From positions 1 through 23,202 of the forward strand of contig CAWHMU010000048.1 of assembly GCA_963830365.1 (NCBI GenBank): a DNA stretch of 23,202 nucleotides, given 5' to 3'. Both the position numbers and the translations under genes were made by a program. The DNA is from an uncultured Chlamydiae bacterium. GTDB taxonomy: Bacteria; Chlamydiota; Chlamydiia; Chlamydiales; Parachlamydiaceae. Shown piece by piece: positions 1 to 8,167 of this stretch. Each line of letters opens with the position of its first letter. Position 1 is the first letter of the stretch. The notes below the pieces were generated by a model. The model was not told the DNA's origin. It ran no database searches and was given only the letters and a program-made list of their open reading frames with translations.

Positions 1-570
1 GAGGTCAAGAGCAACATGCATTTTTGAAATTTTCTGTCCTTCGGCTAGTTGACGCTGACGCGTTTCCTCTAGCTGATCAGTCGCTTGTTTTAGAAGTGAG
101 GAACCCATTCTTTTTGGAGAGTATTTTTTGTTGCTTGTTGCCTGTGCATTAGCCGCTGACTATAGAATGCCCGTGGTACACAAGCAGGGTCGAGCGTTAA
201 AGGACGCAATAACAGGGCGCGAAGTAAAAAGACTAGTTTCTGTTCAGAAAGAAGAAAATTTACTTGATGAGATATTGGCAGTAGTATCTGATAGATAAGG
301 ATATTTTCGACTAACGGAAGGGCTACGCCATAGCGGACTTCCCTTGTAGGCGGAAAAAAGAGGATAACATTTATCCAATGGTAAGCCCAATACAGGCTGT
401 ATTTTGCGTTGGAGATACTGAAGATACGAGCTGATTGCGCTAGTAGAATTATCAAAAAAATCATCCCATATTTGGGCATCTCCTGCTGTTTTACATCCAA
501 TCCATGACGTGGGGATTTGGCTTTGCATTCTATAAGCTTCACCGGTGTCCCGTTTCGGAGAGTATAACCA
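1..570 (-). pseudogene. Frameshifted C-terminal continuation of the 571..1509 gene, PD-(D/E)xK nuclease-like; open at the left window edge
   Basis: Manual three-frame translation. After ...LLMFLP a -1 shift gives ETQNDGKNCDLMVILSE. A second -1 shift (~553-555) gives NGTPVKLIECKAKSPRHGLDVK. A third (~489-492) gives TAGDAQIWDDFF... A last frame, LLKQATDQLEETRQRQLAEGQKISKMHVALDL, is open to base 1. ORF-track entries 90..542 and 244..528 are fragments of this. Confidence 0.6.
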
Positions 571-1509
571 TCAAATCACAGTTCTTTCCATCGTTCTGCG
601 TCTCGGCAAAAACATCAATAGATCTTTGGAATGGCAGTGATTTTTGATAAATTGAACAGCAGCTTTAATTTCCCCCAGTAAGCCAGAAGATTGCGTCGCG
701 AAGGCTTCCAGGTTATTTCTATGATTGCATAATGCGTGGGCTTTCTGGGAAAATTCCTTCCATGAGTCATCGTCCGTTTGGTTGCGAATGATTTGAACAG
801 ATTCTTCGAGCCATTTTAAAGGTGCTTCAATTCGTTCATGAAGTACCCCTGGATGTCCGTGGTATGCTAAATAGATTGTTATCCTCTGGTAAATCCAGGG
901 ATTGCAAAAGAAGTTAAATAGTTTGCCTTCTCGGAAAGGCGCTGTCCGAAGAGGAAAAATGAATAGCGAGTAGACAATTGGATACACAGCTTGAAGTTCA
1001 TCTATAGCCTTTTCATGCGAATCAATAAAATCTCCAATAGTAGGCTTTAAAAATTCCGTCGTGATAGCAGCAATAGCTTGTTCAAAAGTTTCATTCATAT
1101 GAGGGAAGTGAGTTTTGAGTTTTTCTATTAGCCGTTGTATAACCAGAATGGTCTCTGGAGAGCCAAAAAAATTAACAATGAAAGTGCAGGAATGTTGAAA
1201 TATTACATCGACTTTGCGGCTTAAGCTTTGATCTAATGATGTAAACAATTGAGAGAAAAATGCCTCAGTTTCTGAAAAGACAAAAAACTCTGGGTGGAAA
1301 TTCACCTCCACTCTTTCACCCTTATACAGGAAAGTGATGCAGTCCAACATTTGGATGAAATAATCCAGCAATTGTAATTGAGTAGGTATGTCCGAGAGGT
1401 TAATATGAGCCAAGCTGTCATACTGTAAAGCATAAATAAAAGATTGAAGATCTTTTAGGCAATCGGGCGGGATTTCTAATTTATCCGAGGATTCTTTATT
1501 TTTACTCAT
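571..1509 (-). CDS. Hypothetical protein, 312 aa as read; probably the N-terminal part of a longer frameshifted nuclease-like protein
   Basis: Long ATG-started ORF in visibly AT-rich DNA just downstream of the tRNA terminator. It ends with a GLLGEIKAAVQF helix resembling the first helix of PD-(D/E)xK folds. Confidence 0.75.
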   Translation of the reverse strand: MSKNKESSDKLEIPPDCLKDLQSFIYALQYDSLAHINLSDIPTQLQLLDYFIQMLDCITFLYKGERVEVNFHPEFFVFSETEAFFSQLFTSLDQSLSRKVDVIFQHSCTFIVNFFGSPETILVIQRLIEKLKTHFPHMNETFEQAIAAITTEFLKPTIGDFIDSHEKAIDELQAVYPIVYSLFIFPLRTAPFREGKLFNFFCNPWIYQRITIYLAYHGHPGVLHERIEAPLKWLEESVQIIRNQTDDDSWKEFSQKAHALCNHRNNLEAFATQSSGLLGEIKAAVQFIKNHCHSKDLLMFLPRRRTMERTVI

Positions 1510-1542
1510 AGTACATTACCTGTCATATACCTGCCACAGGGC

Positions 1543-1588
1543 AAAAAAAAGACTTATGGTCAAACCGAAGGTTTGAGCATGAGTCCTT
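1543..1588 (-). terminator. Intrinsic terminator downstream of tRNA-Pro
   Basis: Minus strand reads AAGGACTCATGCTCAAACC-TTC-GGTTTGACCATAAGTC followed by T8: a long imperfect stem plus U-tract starting 12 nt after the tRNA. Confidence 0.8.
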
Positions 1589-1600
1589 AAGTAAAAAGAA

Positions 1601-1675
1601 TCTGAGTGAGAGGATTTGAACCTCCGACCCCTTGCCCCCCAGGCAAGTGCGCTAGCCAAGCTGCGCTACACCCAG
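1601..1675 (-). tRNA. tRNA-Pro, anticodon GGG; CCA not encoded
   Basis: Reverse complement is CTGGGTGTAGCGCAGCTTGGCTAGCGCACTTGCCTGGGGGGCAAGGGGTCGGAGGTTCAAATCCTCTCACTCAGA. Acceptor stem CTGGGTG/CACTCAG, anticodon stem CTTGC/GCAAG with loop CT-GGG-GG, T-loop TTCAAAT, discriminator A. Confidence 0.96.
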
Positions 1676-1685
1676 ATATAAAGAG

Positions 1686-1943
1686 TTAGATAGCGGCAAT
1701 GCCTTCGAATTGGAATTCGGCTTTTTTGAATTCTTTGACAGCTACGCGTGCACAGTCTTCGATGATTTTTTCTAAATTGTCTTCGGCAATATTGATTTCC
1801 ACTGAGGAAAGGTCAACTGCAATCGAGGCGCTAAAAGAGGTGCCGCCCTTGATGCCTTTAACTTTGAAGTTGGCAAACATGCCATCTTTCTTCTTGGTGA
1901 CGTTGATAAAGCGGATGAGGTTATTATCGGCGATGTTTTTCAT
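1686..1943 (-). CDS. Small hypothetical protein, ~85 aa (MKNIADNNLIRFINV...)
   Basis: Protein-like composition from the ATG at 1943. The ORF-track extension to TTG 2000 overlaps a likely promoter. The stop lies 10 nt upstream of the tRNA, suggesting co-transcription. Confidence 0.8.
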   Translation of the reverse strand: MKNIADNNLIRFINVTKKKDGMFANFKVKGIKGGTSFSASIAVDLSSVEINIAEDNLEKIIEDCARVAVKEFKKAEFQFEGIAAI

Positions 1944-1970
1944 GGTGTAAATCCTAAAAAGTAAGTACAG

Positions 1971-2000
1971 AGCATAAAGGGTTTTGACGATTCTCGTCAA
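1971..2000 (-). promoter_or_regulatory. Putative sigma70-type promoter (TTGACG-N18-TATGCT) overlapping the palindrome TTGACGA-TTC-TCGTCAA
   Basis: Read directly. The 7-bp inverted repeat at 1984-2000 lies in the divergent gap between the small CDS/tRNA unit and ung. Confidence 0.45.
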
Positions 2001-2096
2001 CGCGAATTTCTGTTTTGCTTATAAAGAAGAATGCTCTATCCTTGCTGTTTTCATGTTTTCAACAACCTCATTTACTGCTTAACCGGTATAAAACTC

Positions 2097-2810
2097 ATGT
2101 CTGCTGTCGCACAAAACACCTCATTTTGTCCTTTCGAACTGGAAGCTTCATGGCGCAAGGCGCTCGGCGATGAGCTGACCCAGCCTTATTTGACGCAGCT
2201 GGCGGCTTTTGTGGCGCGCGAGCGCGCCGGCGCCCTGCCGGTCTACCCTCCACACGAACTGGTCTTCAATGCTTTTTACAAAACGCCTTTCGATAGCGTC
2301 AAAGTGGTCATCATCGGGCAAGACCCGTATCACGGTCCGAACCAGGCGCATGGCTTAAGCTTTAGTGTTCCACATGGAATTCCGCAGCCGCCATCATTGC
2401 AAAATATCTTCAAGGAGCTGCAGGCCGATTTAGGGATCGAGCGCCCGGCGCATGGCTGTCTATTGCATTGGGCGGAACAGGGAGTGATGTTGTTGAATGC
2501 ATCGCTGACAGTGCGGCAGGGGGAGGCAGGCTCACACCAGGGTAAAGGTTGGGAACGCTTCACCAATGCTGTGGTAAAAGCTCTTTGCGAACGGCCGGAG
2601 CCGGTTATTTTTGTATTATGGGGGAAATTTGCGCAAGAAAAGTGCATTCACTTTGCCGCTTCTGCCGGCCATGAGCGCCACACGGTGCTGATGGCGGCGC
2701 ATCCGTCGCCCTTATCAGCGCACCAGGGTTTTTTCGGCTGCCGTCATTTCTCCAAGATCAACGAAATCTTGCAGCAACGCGGGGACAATCCGATCGATTG
2801 GCGCGTGTAA
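2097..2810 (+). CDS. ung: Uracil-DNA glycosylase, family 1
   Basis: Motifs GQDPYH, AHGLSFSV, PPSLQNIFKEL, QGVMLLN and HPSPLSA. Start ATG 2097 preferred; ATG 2031 is possible. Confidence 0.97.
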   Translation: MSAVAQNTSFCPFELEASWRKALGDELTQPYLTQLAAFVARERAGALPVYPPHELVFNAFYKTPFDSVKVVIIGQDPYHGPNQAHGLSFSVPHGIPQPPSLQNIFKELQADLGIERPAHGCLLHWAEQGVMLLNASLTVRQGEAGSHQGKGWERFTNAVVKALCERPEPVIFVLWGKFAQEKCIHFAASAGHERHTVLMAAHPSPLSAHQGFFGCRHFSKINEILQQRGDNPIDWRV

Positions 2811-2847
2811 GGAAAAGTAAAGTAAATATGATTTAAAGTTTGCGGGT

Positions 2848-2875
2848 TTGCCTATTTTCAAACTTTAGGTATAGT
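2848..2875 (+). promoter_or_regulatory. Putative sigma70-type promoter for carAB (TTGCCT-N16-TATAGT)
   Basis: Hexamers at 2848-2853 and 2870-2875, followed by GAGG (2897-2900) before the carA ATG. Confidence 0.5.
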
Positions 2876-2906
2876 GATGTAAGTTTCGTTCACTCCGAGG
2901 TTTCCA

Positions 2907-3965
2907 ATGCATGTTGAAGCTTTAGAGCCCGCCGCGTTGATACTTGAAAACGGTGCGATATTTCATGGTGCCTCGCCAGTCTGGCAGCAAGGGAACTATT
3001 ACGGCGAAATCGTATTCACCACCGGCATGACGGGGTATGCTGAATCGTTGACAGACCCTTCCTATGCCGGTCAAATCCTAGCCTTCACCTACCCCCTGAT
3101 CGGCAATTACGGCATTCCCAAGGCTGATCTTTGGGAGTCCCCTAAAGTGCATGCCAGCGGTGCTGTGATAGGCGCCAACACGCTGCAGTGGAGCCACCAT
3201 AGCGGTCTGAAAGCACTTAAAGAGTGGCTCAAAGAGCAGCAGGTGCCGCTGATTGTGGGTGTCGACACGCGGGCGTTGACAAAAATGCTGCGCAATGCCG
3301 GTACGATGTCCGGCGCTATCGTCAATAAGCTCTCTGCCCCCCTGCATTTTCCGGCTGTCAAAGACAAGCATTGGGTGGGGGAAGTCTCTCCTAAAAAGGA
3401 AACCACCTATGCCAATGGCAGCAAGGTGGTGATCGCGGTGGATTGCGGCATGAAGGAAAATATCATCCGTTTGTTGGCCAAGTTTTCAATTACCGTCAGG
3501 CGTGTGCCATATGATTATGACTTCTCGCAAGATACTTTCGATGGGGTTTTCCTTTCCAACGGACCGGGCGATCCGGCCACCTGTACAAAAACCATTGAGA
3601 TTATCCGCCAAGCGATGCTGCGGGATAAGCCTATGTTCGGCATCTGTCTTGGGATGCAGCTGATGGCGCTTGCGGCCGGCGGTTCTACCTATAAGCTGCC
3701 ATTTGGCCATCGCGGCCACAACCAGCCTTGCATCAGTGTTGCAGACCGGCGTTGTTATATCACCAGCCAAAATCATAGCTATGCCGTCAGCGAGGCCTCG
3801 TTGCCAAAGGATTGGGCCGTCTCATTCAAAAATCTCAATGACGCCTCTGTAGAAGGGATTTCCCATAAAACCAAACCATTCTTTTCGGTCCAATTTCATC
3901 CTGAAGCCACCCCTGGACCAACAGATACCATGTGGTTATTCGATAAATTTTTGCAATTACTATGA
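2907..3965 (+). CDS. carA: Carbamoyl-phosphate synthase small (glutaminase) subunit
   Basis: Motifs GEIVFTTGMTGY, LTDPSY, PLIGNYG, LSNGPGDP, catalytic GICLG, SQNH and QFHPE. The stop overlaps the carB start (ATGA). Confidence 0.97.
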   Translation: MHVEALEPAALILENGAIFHGASPVWQQGNYYGEIVFTTGMTGYAESLTDPSYAGQILAFTYPLIGNYGIPKADLWESPKVHASGAVIGANTLQWSHHSGLKALKEWLKEQQVPLIVGVDTRALTKMLRNAGTMSGAIVNKLSAPLHFPAVKDKHWVGEVSPKKETTYANGSKVVIAVDCGMKENIIRLLAKFSITVRRVPYDYDFSQDTFDGVFLSNGPGDPATCTKTIEIIRQAMLRDKPMFGICLGMQLMALAAGGSTYKLPFGHRGHNQPCISVADRRCYITSQNHSYAVSEASLPKDWAVSFKNLNDASVEGISHKTKPFFSVQFHPEATPGPTDTMWLFDKFLQLL

Positions 3966-6900
3966 AAAAGACGTATAAGAAAGTCCTTATTCTCGGTTCA
4001 GGCGGTTTTAGAATCGGCCAGGCGGGGGAATTTGATTATTCCGGCTCGCAGGCGATCAAAGCTTTGAAAGAAGAAAAGATCTTCACCGTGCTGGTCAATC
4101 CCAATATCGCCACCGTCCAGACTGACCACGATATGGCCGATGAGGTCTATCTGCAGCCGCTCAATGTGGCGTCATTGGCGCGCATCATCGAAAAGGAACG
4201 TCCGGATGCTATCCTGCTGAGTGTAGGCGGACAGACGGCACTCAATCTGGGGCTGGCTTTAGATGAGGAGGGCATTCTTGCAAAATATGGTGTGGCCGTG
4301 CTGGGCACAACCACGCACTGCATCAGGCTTACCGAAGACAGGTCGCTCTTCAAGCAAAGTTTGGACAGCATCGGTGTTAAGACCGCCAACAGCTTCTCCG
4401 CGGCGACGGTTGATGAGGCAGTGACCGCCGGTCGCAAACTAGGCTATCCGATCATGCTGCGCTCGGGATTTTCGCTGGGGGGGCTCGGCTCGGGCCGTGT
4501 CAATAATGAAACCGAGTTGCGCGCCAAAGCGCATGAGTCGCTCAGCAAATCCCCGCAGATCCTGATCGAGGAGTATCTGTTTGGTTGGAAAGAGATCGAA
4601 TATGAGATCGTCAGGGATTGCGATGATAATGCCATCGCCGTTTGCAATATGGAAAATTTCGATCCCATGGGGATCCACACCGGCGATAGCATCGTGGTGG
4701 CGCCATCGCAGACACTATCCAACACCGAATTCCATCTGCTGCGCGAGGTGGCGCTTAAATGCGCCCGCCATCTCAAGATCATCGGCGAGTGCAATATCCA
4801 ATACGCCCTGAATCCTGAAAATGGCGACTATAGGGTCATCGAGATGAACGCGCGCCTGTCGCGCTCAAGCGCGCTGGCTTCCAAAGCCACCGGCTATCCG
4901 CTGGCCTTTGTGTCGACGAAGCTATCGCTTGGCATGCGCCTGGACGAGATACAAAATGGCGTCACCAAAAAGACGACAGCCTTTTTCGAGCCGGCATTGG
5001 ACTATCTGGTGCTGAAAATGCCGCGCTGGGACATGCAAAAGCTTAAATCAGCCGACCGCACCATAGGCTCTGAAATGAAAAGCGTCGGCGAAGTCATGGC
5101 CATCGGCCGTTCTTTCCCCGAAGTGCTGCAGAAAGCCATCCGCATGCTCAATATCGGGGCGTCGGGCCTTAACGACTACCCCTATCCGATCGCGTCAGTG
5201 GAAAAGGAAATCGAGATAGCTACCGACCGCCGCATTTTTGCGCTGCACCAATTTTTCAAAAATGGCGGCACAGCCAAACAGGCGCAGGCGCTGTCGCGCA
5301 TCGATGATTGGTTTCTGCATCAAGTCGAACAACTGGCCATATTCGAAAAAAGCCTGGCGACTGCGCCGTTGACAAAAGAGCTGCTGCTGGAGGCTAAGAA
5401 ATTCGGCTTCTCGGATAAAAATATCGGCAAATTGCGCGGCCTGGCGGAGCAGCGGGTACGCAGGCAGCGTTTGGAGATGGGGATTTTGCCCAATGTAAAG
5501 CAGATTGACACGCTGGCCGGCGAATTCAGCGCCGAAACCAACTATCTTTATACCACCTATCATGGGCAGGAGCACGATGTAAAGCCGGCAGTCATGGCCC
5601 CCATTCTGGTGCTTGGCTCAGGCCCTTATTGCATCGGCTCATCGGTGGAGTTCGATTGGTGTGGCATCAATACAGTCAAGACGTTACGCAAAATGGGCGA
5701 GCCTACCATCATCGTCAATTCCAATCCGGAGACTGTATCGACAGATTTTGATGAGTCCGATCGCCTCTATTTTGAAGAGCTCACGCTGGAAAGGATTCAG
5801 GATATCGCCGATTACGAATGTGTCAAAGGCATCATCGTCTCTGTCGGTGGCCAAATCGCCAACAACCTGGCCTTGCCGCTTTCGGTGGCCGGGTATCCCA
5901 TCATGGGGACAGCGCCGAGCGCCATCGATATGGCGGAAGACCGCCACAAATTTTCCAGCCTGTTGCATGAGTTGCACATCGACCAGCCTTGCTGGCAGCA
6001 GGTGACGACGCTTGCACGTGCCATGGAGTTTGCCGCAAGCGTCGGCTATCCGGTGTTGGTGCGCCCTTCTTATGTGTTATCCGGGGCGGCCATGCATACG
6101 GTCTTTAACGACCAGGAGCTGGCGCATTATCTTGGCGAGGCCACGATTGTATCCCCCGACCATCCAGTGGTGATCTCGCGCTTTATCAGCCATGCCAAGG
6201 AACTGGAAGTCGATGGGGTGGCCGATCGCGGCGAGATTGTCATCGAAGCCGTTTCTGAGCATATCGAAAATGCGGGCATCCATTCCGGTGATGCGACTAT
6301 CGTGCTGCCGCCACAGCGGCTGTATCTGGAGACCATCCGGCGCACCAAGAAAATCACCAGTGATATCGTGCGCGCGCTAAACATTACCGGACCATTCAAC
6401 ATCCAATTCATCGCCATCGACAATGCCTTAAAAGTCATTGAATGCAACGTGCGGGCGTCACGCTCATTTCCGTTTGTGTCAAAAGTTACCAACCATAACT
6501 TCATTGAAATTGCCACGCAGGTGCTGCTTAACAAATATGTAGGCAAGCATTATGAGACCTTGCAGCTGGACTACGTGGGGGTCAAATCACCGCAATTTTC
6601 CTACAGCCGGCTGAAAGGCGCAAATCCAGTGGCGCATGTCGAAATGGCATCCACCGGCGAAGTCGCCTGCCTTGGAGACAACCTGCTAGAAGCCTTTTAC
6701 AAGTCTTGGCTGGCCACGGAACAGTCGATAGCCGGCAAGCGCATCCTAGTAGCCATCGGCGGCGATAAGAAGCCGCGCTTTTTATCCTATCTGCAAAAGA
6801 TGGATGAAGACGGCTGGGAGATCTTTGCCACCGAAAAGACGCATGACTATTTAAGCCGTCATGGGGTGGGCTCGCATTTTCTGTATAAAGCCAGCGAACA

Positions 6901-7159
6901 GCACCAGCCCAATGTGGTGGGCTTCATTGGCAATAAGCAGGTAGATCTGATCATTAACATCCCGCGCACCATTGCGACCAGCAGCATCCAGTCCGATGGC
7001 TTTAAAATCCGGCGCCTGGCGATCGACCACCATATCCCCCTGATCACCAATACACATTTGGCACAAATGTGCCTGCAATGCCTGACAGAAGTCGATCCGG
7101 CTAATTTTCCGATGAAGTCGTGGAGAGAGTACACAACCACAAAACGGAATTATGCATGA
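3962..7159 (+). CDS. carB: Carbamoyl-phosphate synthase large subunit
   Basis: Motifs IGQAGEFDYSG, ENFDPMGIHTGDS, IEMNARLSRSSALASKATGYP, NPETVSTD, RPSYVLSG and EHIENAGIHSGD, plus a C-terminal MGS-like domain; 1065 aa. Confidence 0.98.
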   Translation: MKKTYKKVLILGSGGFRIGQAGEFDYSGSQAIKALKEEKIFTVLVNPNIATVQTDHDMADEVYLQPLNVASLARIIEKERPDAILLSVGGQTALNLGLALDEEGILAKYGVAVLGTTTHCIRLTEDRSLFKQSLDSIGVKTANSFSAATVDEAVTAGRKLGYPIMLRSGFSLGGLGSGRVNNETELRAKAHESLSKSPQILIEEYLFGWKEIEYEIVRDCDDNAIAVCNMENFDPMGIHTGDSIVVAPSQTLSNTEFHLLREVALKCARHLKIIGECNIQYALNPENGDYRVIEMNARLSRSSALASKATGYPLAFVSTKLSLGMRLDEIQNGVTKKTTAFFEPALDYLVLKMPRWDMQKLKSADRTIGSEMKSVGEVMAIGRSFPEVLQKAIRMLNIGASGLNDYPYPIASVEKEIEIATDRRIFALHQFFKNGGTAKQAQALSRIDDWFLHQVEQLAIFEKSLATAPLTKELLLEAKKFGFSDKNIGKLRGLAEQRVRRQRLEMGILPNVKQIDTLAGEFSAETNYLYTTYHGQEHDVKPAVMAPILVLGSGPYCIGSSVEFDWCGINTVKTLRKMGEPTIIVNSNPETVSTDFDESDRLYFEELTLERIQDIADYECVKGIIVSVGGQIANNLALPLSVAGYPIMGTAPSAIDMAEDRHKFSSLLHELHIDQPCWQQVTTLARAMEFAASVGYPVLVRPSYVLSGAAMHTVFNDQELAHYLGEATIVSPDHPVVISRFISHAKELEVDGVADRGEIVIEAVSEHIENAGIHSGDATIVLPPQRLYLETIRRTKKITSDIVRALNITGPFNIQFIAIDNALKVIECNVRASRSFPFVSKVTNHNFIEIATQVLLNKYVGKHYETLQLDYVGVKSPQFSYSRLKGANPVAHVEMASTGEVACLGDNLLEAFYKSWLATEQSIAGKRILVAIGGDKKPRFLSYLQKMDEDGWEIFATEKTHDYLSRHGVGSHFLYKASEQHQPNVVGFIGNKQVDLIINIPRTIATSSIQSDGFKIRRLAIDHHIPLITNTHLAQMCLQCLTEVDPANFPMKSWREYTTTKRNYA

Positions 7160-7234
7160 GACCAGGACTTAAAAACCGCGCTGTCATCGAGGTGCAAGAT
7201 TGTTTGCAAAGACGAAATTCTGCAGCTGCTTGAT

Positions 7235-7534
7235 ATGGCGGGTTAGCGCTACTATGAAGGTGAATCGTGGGTGGTTGCCTATCTCAACGACGCCATGATT
7301 TTGTCCGGCATGGGGCAGGACAGTCCCCTCCTCCACAATGCCGGCAAAATCTTGGCCGGCTCCTATGCCCTGTTTAGTGGCATCCTCCTCCTGGTGATCG
7401 TCGCCATCGTCTTTGCACCGCACTAGCAGCGCTTTTTACACGTCTTCCACTTCGAAGAAAAATGCAAAAGTGAAAACACGTTGTTTGTCTTTGCAATCCC
7501 GATGTCTAATGTAAAAGCGCTTTACATCCAATAA
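7235..7534 (+). pseudogene. Degenerate small membrane protein gene, potassium-channel pore-like family, with two in-frame TAG stops
   Basis: One frame reads MAG*RYYEGESWVVAYLNDAMILSGMGQDSPLLHNAGKILAGSYALFSGILLLVIVAIVFAPH*QRFLHVFHFEE... with stops at 7244-7246 and 7424-7426. It matches my recollection of a widespread small family (GYHxxEGxSWxDAxLNAxMILSGMGP...GKxFAGxYALFSG...APxxHRxLHxFH). The first TM helix appears to be missing. Confidence 0.7.
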
Positions 7535-7613
7535 ATTTTGGCGTGGCTAACAAACCTCTGCATCAATAGCCAATGCTTCTGAAACAAGCCTGGTGAGAGT
7601 CTTGTGCGGAATA

Positions 7614-7925
7614 TTAGATAAGACAAAGCTGACGTCTGGTTAGATCTGTACGGATGGATTCACCATATAAGCCGACAATCCCCAGCGAGGCCATGTTGAA
7701 GCAGGCGTACATTAAGCTTAAATATCCTCGCCCGGCTTCTTTAAAGCCTTGTTGTGCGAGATCCGCAAAGATATTTTTCCTCGAATCAAAAAGTATGGCA
7801 CCTATGGTGGCGCACATGCCGGCGAATACGCCGACGACAAGGCCTACAATGATTTGTGCTGTACTGACGACAATTTTTACTGGAGATACAACGGTGGGTC
7901 CTGCTATCGGTACAGCTTGTAGCAA
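7614..7925 (-). CDS. Small hydrophobic hypothetical protein; possibly interrupted by a nonsense codon
   Basis: 103-aa ORF with a long hydrophobic hairpin (TAQIIVGLVVGVFAGMCATIGAILF) and a second hydrophobic stretch. An in-frame ATG at 7961 gives MIIVDQV*TGLSL, with TAA at 7938-7940. Confidence 0.65.
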   Translation of the reverse strand: MLQAVPIAGPTVVSPVKIVVSTAQIIVGLVVGVFAGMCATIGAILFDSRKNIFADLAQQGFKEAGRGYLSLMYACFNMASLGIVGLYGESIRTDLTRRQLCLI

Positions 7926-8167
7926 GCTAAGACCGGTTTATACTTGATCAACAATTATCATAAATAAACCTGTTGTGTTGTTGTGTAAGTAATATTCTAT
8001 CGAGTGATTGTTAATGTTTTGTTAAGTCTGTAATAAATATTTGTAAAGAGAAGGCTCATCACACAAATGAGAACCTCGCCTGATGTAAATTAATCGAGTT
8101 CGTTGCAAATAATGCATCATAAAAATCCGCAAATTGCACGTTAGCTCCTGTGAAGGTTGGAGTTGAG

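Noticed and set aside
244..573. TGA read-through or TGA=Trp recoding joining the 312-aa and 94-aa ORFs, which share a frame
   Set aside because: carA and carB end in TGA, so the code is standard. The shared frame is explained by three -1 shifts that restore the nuclease-like motifs.
3078..7140. Numerous 60-140-aa alternative-frame and antisense ORFs inside carAB (and similarly inside recA, the pilM-like gene and the wzc-like gene)
   Set aside because: They are expected by chance within long GC-rich genes and have no independent support.
7244..7426. Amber recoding (pyrrolysine or TAG=Gln) in the channel-like relic
   Set aside because: No internal TAG occurs in the long genes and no pyl genes are visible. 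The relic also lacks its N-terminus and has other substitutions.
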